Shown piece by piece: positions 58,756 through 64,000 of a stretch of DNA of 64,000 nucleotides (positions are counted from its first letter, which is position 1; each line of letters starts with the position of its first letter). The DNA lies in NCBI GenBank assembly GCA_963837955.1, contig CAWIPH010000002.1, positions 2,592,001-2,656,000 of the forward strand, read 5' to 3'. Made by a program: the position numbers and the translations under genes. The notes under the pieces are model-generated. The model was not told the origin of the DNA and did no database searches. It saw only the letters and a program-made list of their open reading frames with translations. The DNA is from an uncultured Verrucomicrobiae bacterium (GTDB lineage: Bacteria; Verrucomicrobiota; Verrucomicrobiia; Chthoniobacterales; JAFAMB01).

Positions 58756-59678
58756 CCGTAACATCCGACATCAAACTACGGCAACGTACCGTTTTGAATT
58801 CCACCATGGCTTACCGGGAGTCAGGAGATCCCGAGGCGCCAACGGTGCTGTTTTTACACGGGAACCCGACATCATCGTTTATCTGGCGAAACGTGATTCC
58901 CTCGGTTGCGCCGGTAGCGCACTGTATCGCGCCGGATCTCATCGGGTTCGGACAATCCGGTAAACCGGATATCGCCTATCGCTTTGCCGACCATGTCCGT
59001 TATCTGGATGCGTTCCTGGCCGAAGCAGGAATATCGTCGGCTTACGTGGTGGCACAGGACTGGGGAACGGCTCTGGCCTTTCATTTGGCGGCGCGCAGGC
59101 CGGAGTTCGTCCGTGGTCTCGCTTTCATGGAGTTCATCCGGCCCATGCCGAGCTGGGATGATTTTCCTGCACGTGAAACCTTCCAAAATTTCAGAACACC
59201 TGGGGTAGGGGAGAAGATGATCCTCGAGGGCAACGTATTTGTTGAACAGATTCTTCCCGGTGCGACGATCCGAAAACTGACTGATGAAGAGATGGCGGTT
59301 TACCGAGCGCCGTTTCCGACTCCGGAATCTCGGCGCCCGACTTGGCGATTCCCGAATGAGCTGCCAATCGCCGGCGAACCGGCGGACGTGTATTCCACCA
59401 TGCTCGAAGCACACGCGGCGTTATCTCATTCCTCTTACCCCAAGCTACTTTTCGTGGGAGATCCGGGCGCATTGGTCTCGCCAGCGTTCGCTGAAGAGTT
59501 CGCCAAGGGGCTCAGGAACTGCAGCGTCATCCATCTTGGTCCAGGCGCTCATTACCTTCAGGAAGATCATCCTCAAGCTATCGGCGCCAACATTAACCAA
59601 TGGCTGACCGACTTAGGAGTTGCCGATCAAACGGCAGTAAAAGGGCAGGGCAGCGAAATGCGAAAAAAAAGACGATAA
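58752..59678 (+). CDS. dhaA: Haloalkane dehalogenase (DhaA/LinB-type)
   Basis: LHGNPTSSFIWRN, APDLIGFG.SGKP, QDWG, AFMEF, FPNELPIAGEPAD, HYLQEDHP; ATGA overlap with tetR. Confidence 0.92.
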   Translation: MTVTSDIKLRQRTVLNSTMAYRESGDPEAPTVLFLHGNPTSSFIWRNVIPSVAPVAHCIAPDLIGFGQSGKPDIAYRFADHVRYLDAFLAEAGISSAYVVAQDWGTALAFHLAARRPEFVRGLAFMEFIRPMPSWDDFPARETFQNFRTPGVGEKMILEGNVFVEQILPGATIRKLTDEEMAVYRAPFPTPESRRPTWRFPNELPIAGEPADVYSTMLEAHAALSHSSYPKLLFVGDPGALVSPAFAEEFAKGLRNCSVIHLGPGAHYLQEDHPQAIGANINQWLTDLGVADQTAVKGQGSEMRKKRR

Positions 59679-59955
59679 CATATCCGCCACGCCCAGCTCG
59701 GGAGAGCTCTGGCACCGGAAGATCCCGCCTCTCCAGAGCCGCTAGAGTTCTTTGTGATTGAGCAACCATATTTTATCGCCTGCTCAGAATAGTAGACCAA
59801 ATTAGAGCCTTGAGCCCAGGTAAGATGTCGCGGAGAATCGAATCCGTGATGTACAACAGCTGATGACAGCACCGATCGTTAATCCAGTCATGACTCCTAG
59901 ATAACTGTCGACGATCAGTTTCGTCTGCTATCGTGGCCTTCGGTAATCCGCTCCT

Positions 59956-60326
59956 TCACCAAAGCGAGTTAATGATGGAAGCTGCGGGCACAAACGTGAC
60001 TTTGCACCTCTCCATCCACTTGCCCATGGCGGGGAAGTCTCCCCAACTACCCGTCTGCTCCAAGTGATCGACAACACCAGCTTTGCTTTCATAGATCTCG
60101 GTCAGGATGAAACACATATTGCCGGTCGGGGCAGAGTTGAGATCCATCGGGTTCGAGAGCTCCGGCCCCTTGGACACGTTGTAGCTAGGAGAGCTTTCGC
60201 CCCGGTACGGTGGTGCGTAGACTCCATCCAAGACCCGTGGCTCTGAAAGAAGCGGTCGCCCTCCGCCGCTTGATCGGGAGGGGCAATGATGATGAGCGTA
60301 AGCTGAAACTTGTCGTGGTAGGTCAT
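59956..60326 (-). pseudogene. Hypothetical protein split by one frameshift near 60187
   Basis: MTYHDKFQL...HHRTGAKALL joins SYNVSKGPELSNP...IINSLW if one base is added. Confidence 0.6.
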
Positions 60327-60557
60327 AGTAGGTTCTCCGATCTTTTTATGGCTTATTGTTAGGTTTTTTCCAGATCTTGAAATTTGGTGGCAGAGTCCTG
60401 TATAGACCTCGTGTGCCACCTAGAAATCGAGCGACCCCTGGACCGAGCTACGCCAAATACGAACCGCGTTGGGGGGAGGAGGAGTTCGAACGAAATAACG
60501 TTCGTAAAACTCTTCCAGAGTAGGCACCGAAAACGTGCACTTCAAGATAAAAGGCAA

Positions 60558-61054
60558 GCGGGATCGGGTGGACGCACATCCATCCAAACATGTTCATGGA
60601 GCAGATCCCTAAGTTTATGAAGATCCGCAATGACCGCTTTTCGGTGTTCTGGGGCTCTGATCGAATGGGTTGGATCGCATCGCGGGACATTGGCGCCGTT
60701 GCGGCCACGGTTCTGCGAGAAGGTCCAGCGAAACACAGTGGACAAAACTACTGGCTCAGCGCGGAGGTAGCGGGTGGCGAGGAACTCGCGACGCTCTTCT
60801 CCGAGGCTTTGGGACGACCTATTCGCTGCGACCCTAAGTAGCCGGCGGATTTTGCCTCAACCATGGCGTCAACCGGAGACTACAATGTTGAGAGCTGGTA
60901 TGCCGCTGCAGTTATCGAGTTCCTGAAACAATTCTCCGATGGCCGCATGGGAGACTTCGGAACCGTCCGAGACGACACTCCGTACCTCACGGGCGCGCCT
61001 TCGATGACTCTCCGGCAGTGGATTCAGGAGAATCGTTCCTCATTGAGTGGCTAG
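60558..61054 (+). pseudogene. NmrA-like NAD(P)-binding protein, 5' end missing and in-frame TAG at 60839-60841
   Basis: SGIGWTHIHPNMFME...WIASRDIGAVAATVL...LSAE...SEALGRPI...(stop)...LTGAP.MTLRQW. Confidence 0.75.
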
Positions 61055-61093
61055 CGGTGCACTTGCAGAGACACTGCCTCGGGACCGCCGTTG

Positions 61094-61702
61094 TCATCGC
61101 GGGCGCAGGCCGAGCAGGATGTGCTTCACCGTCGCCGGTACGAGCGTCTCGAGCGGTACGCTCTTGAACTTACCGTCCGTGGAGATTGTGACCAGGCCCT
61201 GCAACGCTGCGCTGAGTGTCAGGGACAAGCGCGCCGGATCGCCCTCCACGATTTCCCCGGCGGCCTGACCTGCTTTGAGAATAGCCGGTATGTGAGAAAA
61301 AGCCGCGTCGCTCGCCTCCAATAGATCGCGCGGTGCGTCGGCCCGGTGTTTCGACTCGAACATCAGAGCCCACAGCGCCGGATGCTTCAGCGCGAACCCA
61401 ACGTAACCCTGGGCCGCCTGGGTGAGCTGCGCGCTGAAATTGCGGCCACGCCCTTTGGCTACGCGGGCCAGCGTAGCGTCAAGACGCTGGAAGCCGGTCC
61501 GCGCCAGAGCGTCCAGCAGCGCCTGTTTGTCGGCAAAATGGCGGCGCGGCGACGTGTGGCTGACGCCGACAACGCGGCTCAGCTCGCGCAAGGACAGCAT
61601 GGACGCACCGCGCGCCTCCAGGGCTGCCTCCGCCGCTCGGAGCAGAGCCGCGGGTAGATTACCGTGGTGGTAGGGACGCTGGTGAGTTTGCAACCTCACC
61701 AC
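61094..61702 (-). CDS. TetR family regulator (WHG-type)
   Basis: YHHGNLPAALL.AA...LSLRELSRVVGVSHTSPRRHFADKQALL. Confidence 0.92.
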   Translation of the reverse strand: MVRLQTHQRPYHHGNLPAALLRAAEAALEARGASMLSLRELSRVVGVSHTSPRRHFADKQALLDALARTGFQRLDATLARVAKGRGRNFSAQLTQAAQGYVGFALKHPALWALMFESKHRADAPRDLLEASDAAFSHIPAILKAGQAAGEIVEGDPARLSLTLSAALQGLVTISTDGKFKSVPLETLVPATVKHILLGLRPR

Positions 61703-61730
61703 TTTACCGGGTTACCAAAGATTTGCAGCA

Positions 61731-61765
61731 TGTTTCCATTGACAGCATTGTTTCCAATGGATACA
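61731..61765. promoter_or_regulatory. Tandem TetR-type operators
   Basis: tgtttccattgacagca followed by tgtttccaatggataca, between divergent tetR and SDR. Confidence 0.6.
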
Positions 61766-61776
61766 TAGCCCATATC

Positions 61777-62535
61777 ATGAAACTCACTGGCAACACCATT
61801 CTCGTCACCGGTGGCGGCTCCGGGATCGGACGCGGTCTGGCCGAATCACTCCATCAGCTTGGCAACAAGGTCATCGTGGCCGGCAGACGGCAGAACGCCT
61901 TAGACCAGACCACCAAAGCGAACCCGGGAATGGTCTCGATCAACCTCGACATCAACGATCCCGAGGCCATTCGCACCTTTGCTGTCCGCGTCACAACCGA
62001 GCATCCTGGCCTCAATGTGCTAATCAACAACGCCGGCATCATGAAAATGGAAGACCTTAAGGCTTGGCCGGCTGGTCTCGGCGATTCCGAGGCCGTCATC
62101 ACCACGAACCTGCTCGGTCCCGTCCGTCTGACCGCCGCACTCCTCCCGCACCTGCAGAACCAGGCACAAGCGGCTATCATCAACGTCTCCTCCGGCCTGG
62201 GCTTTGTGCCTCTACCCATTACGCCCACCTATAGCGCGACCAAAGCGGCGCTGCACTCCTACACGCTCTCGCTCCGAGTGCAACTGGCTGACACGCCGGT
62301 CGAGGTCATCGAAATCATCCCGCCCGCCGTCGCCACCGACCTCACCCCAGGCCGCTCCGCAACCGACCCACGGATGATGTCGCTGCCGAACTTCATCGAT
62401 CAGACTATGCAAATTCTCCAGACGGAGCCCACCCCTAGCGAGATCTGTGTAGAAAATGTCAAATTCCTGCGCTTCGCTGAAGCTAAGGGAAACTTCGAAA
62501 AAGCGCTCCAGCAATTAAGCGCCGTAAAGCTTTAG
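61777..62535 (+). CDS. SDR oxidoreductase (DltE-like)
   Basis: MKLTGNTILVTGGGSGIG, NNAGIM, VSSGLGFVP, YSATKAALHSYT, EIIPPAVAT. Confidence 0.93.
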   Translation: MKLTGNTILVTGGGSGIGRGLAESLHQLGNKVIVAGRRQNALDQTTKANPGMVSINLDINDPEAIRTFAVRVTTEHPGLNVLINNAGIMKMEDLKAWPAGLGDSEAVITTNLLGPVRLTAALLPHLQNQAQAAIINVSSGLGFVPLPITPTYSATKAALHSYTLSLRVQLADTPVEVIEIIPPAVATDLTPGRSATDPRMMSLPNFIDQTMQILQTEPTPSEICVENVKFLRFAEAKGNFEKALQQLSAVKL

Positions 62536-62615
62536 ATAGCTAGGACCACCGACGGGCAGGGGATGACCAAAGAGAAAAGTCTCGCCTTCGGCGCCTGTCT
62601 GGCCGCGGCGACTGC

Positions 62616-63389
62616 TCATACCGAAGGATTCTGTCCGCCGTCCACGATGAAGTTGCCGCCGGTGATCCAGCCGGCGCGATCCGAAACGAGGAGCCCGACC
62701 ATCTCTGCAATATCCTGCGGAATGCCCATCCGGCGCAAAGGAATCGTGGCGGTCATGGCCTCCGTGGTAATGCCAAACGCCTTGGTAAAGTCGGCGCGGA
62801 CAGCATCCGCTCCAGGCGTGGCGACGTTGCCGGGAGTCACCGTGTTTACCCGTACACCATGCGGCGCTACTTCGGTAGCGAGGGTCTTGCTCCACGCGTT
62901 CATCGCCGCCTTTGCGGACGAATAGTGGATCATCGCTCCACTCGGAGGAGTAAGCGCCGCTCCGGAAGAAATGTTGACGATTGCACCGCTTTTGCGCTCC
63001 AGCATCCCCGGCAAAAGCGCAGCCGTCAGGCGCACCGCTGAGAAGAAGTTCGTATCGAAGCAGTCCTGCCATCCGGAATCTGGAATCGTCAGTGAGCCGC
63101 CGGGATAAATGCGACCCGATGCCGCGTTGTTCACCAGAATATCCACGCCGCCGAAAATCGCGGACGTCTGTGCCACGATCGCCTGCACGCCTTCAAGGCG
63201 GCTCACGTCACCCTGGATCAAGGCCGCACCGGCTGGGAAATCCTCCACGGGAGTGCGGGCGACAGCGACAACCTGTGCTCCGGCGGAGAGCAAACGCCGG
63301 ACGATCGCTCCTCCAATGCCGCGCGATCCTCCGGTGACCAGGGCGCGTCTGCCCTTGAGCTCATCTGGATCGTTTACGAAAGAAATCAT
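62616..63389 (-). CDS. SDR oxidoreductase
   Basis: [31 protein letters not shown]. Confidence 0.93.
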   Translation of the reverse strand: MISFVNDPDELKGRRALVTGGSRGIGGAIVRRLLSAGAQVVAVARTPVEDFPAGAALIQGDVSRLEGVQAIVAQTSAIFGGVDILVNNAASGRIYPGGSLTIPDSGWQDCFDTNFFSAVRLTAALLPGMLERKSGAIVNISSGAALTPPSGAMIHYSSAKAAMNAWSKTLATEVAPHGVRVNTVTPGNVATPGADAVRADFTKAFGITTEAMTATIPLRRMGIPQDIAEMVGLLVSDRAGWITGGNFIVDGGQNPSV

Positions 63390-63556
63390 CGGTAACCTCC
63401 GTTTTTGACCGCCTTATCCAACTCGTCTTGACGCCGAGCGGAGATGAAGACGGGTGCGCCCTCGGATACAAACCGCTGCGCAGTCGCCAAGCCGATACCG
63501 CTATTGCCGCCCGTAATGACTGCAACCTTTCCAGTAAGCCTTCCGTTATTGACCAT
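63386..63556 (-). pseudogene. Truncated SDR (N-terminus only)
   Basis: [29 protein letters not shown]...ELDKAVK then stop, overlapping the next SDR start. Confidence 0.85.
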
Positions 63557-63638
63557 ATGGTCCATTATGTGGATTACGGACTGATCGGTCAATATTTTTC
63601 TTGTACTTTTTGTAGACGGCCTGCATAGTGGAGGCAAC

Positions 63639-64000
63639 GTGGCGCGGCCCAGACAGTTCGACGAGGACAAGATACTCGCAGCGGTGCGCGATCAGTTCTG
63701 GCGCCAGGGATATGCGGCCACTTCTCTGGACGATCTGATGCGCGTCACCGGCCTGGGAAAAGGCAGCATCTATGGCGCTTTCGGGGACAAGAGAAATCTC
63801 TTCCTCGCCGTCCTCAGGGTGTATGCGGATGAAAGAGTGGTTCACGCCCGAGAAGCGCTCCATAGTGAAAAGCCGGCCATCGAGCGGCTCAGAACGCTAT
63901 TTCGAATGCCTGACAAAAGGAAGCGCTCGCCTGCGCGCTGCCCGGGGTGTTTTCTTTTCAACAGCACTACGGAACTGGCCCTCCACGATGCGGAGGTTCG
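63639..64000 (+). CDS. TetR family regulator, partial (runs off window)
   Basis: GGAGG RBS, GTG start; [12 protein letters not shown]...[32 protein letters not shown]. Confidence 0.9.
   Translation, partial: MARPRQFDEDKILAAVRDQFWRQGYAATSLDDLMRVTGLGKGSIYGAFGDKRNLFLAVLRVYADERVVHAREALHSEKPAIERLRTLFRMPDKRKRSPARCPGCFLFNSTTELALHDAEV

Noticed and set aside
60839..60841. In-frame TAG as pyrrolysine or readthrough
   Set aside because: The gene also lacks its 5' half and no pyl genes are present, so a nonsense mutation in a pseudogene is simpler.
1..64000. rRNA, tRNA, prophage, retron/DGR or toxin-antitoxin loci
   Set aside because: No recognisable tRNA or rRNA signatures and no reverse transcriptase, integrase, phage structural or toxin motifs by eye; a dedicated scan was not possible.

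Overview
This 64-kb window is a bacterial accessory region of moderate GC. The gene and repeat style suggests a soil Verrucomicrobiota (Chthoniobacterales-like) genome, which is an inference only. It is rich in small-molecule detoxification and stress genes: SDRs, MGT-type glycosyltransferases, a GMC oxidoreductase, RND and EmrAB efflux, oxalate decarboxylase, a class C beta-lactamase and a haloalkane dehalogenase. It also holds many one-component regulators, gene fragments and at least four families of palindromic or short repeats. I saw no rRNA, tRNA or CRISPR array. The clearest structure is a 17.1-kb composite element (19132-36263). It is bounded by two direct copies of a 432/433-bp non-autonomous Tn3-family miniature element with 38-bp inverted repeats, and the whole unit is flanked by a 5-bp target duplication (GATCA). 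Other notable signals are a ~40-bp upstream motif found six times (probable AraC regulon), duplicated LytTR-like boxes beside an orphan LytS kinase and a 40-aa ORF, a long structured leader before a GYD-domain gene, and several single-base frameshifts that may be sequencing errors. Product calls come from motif recognition by eye, not database searches.
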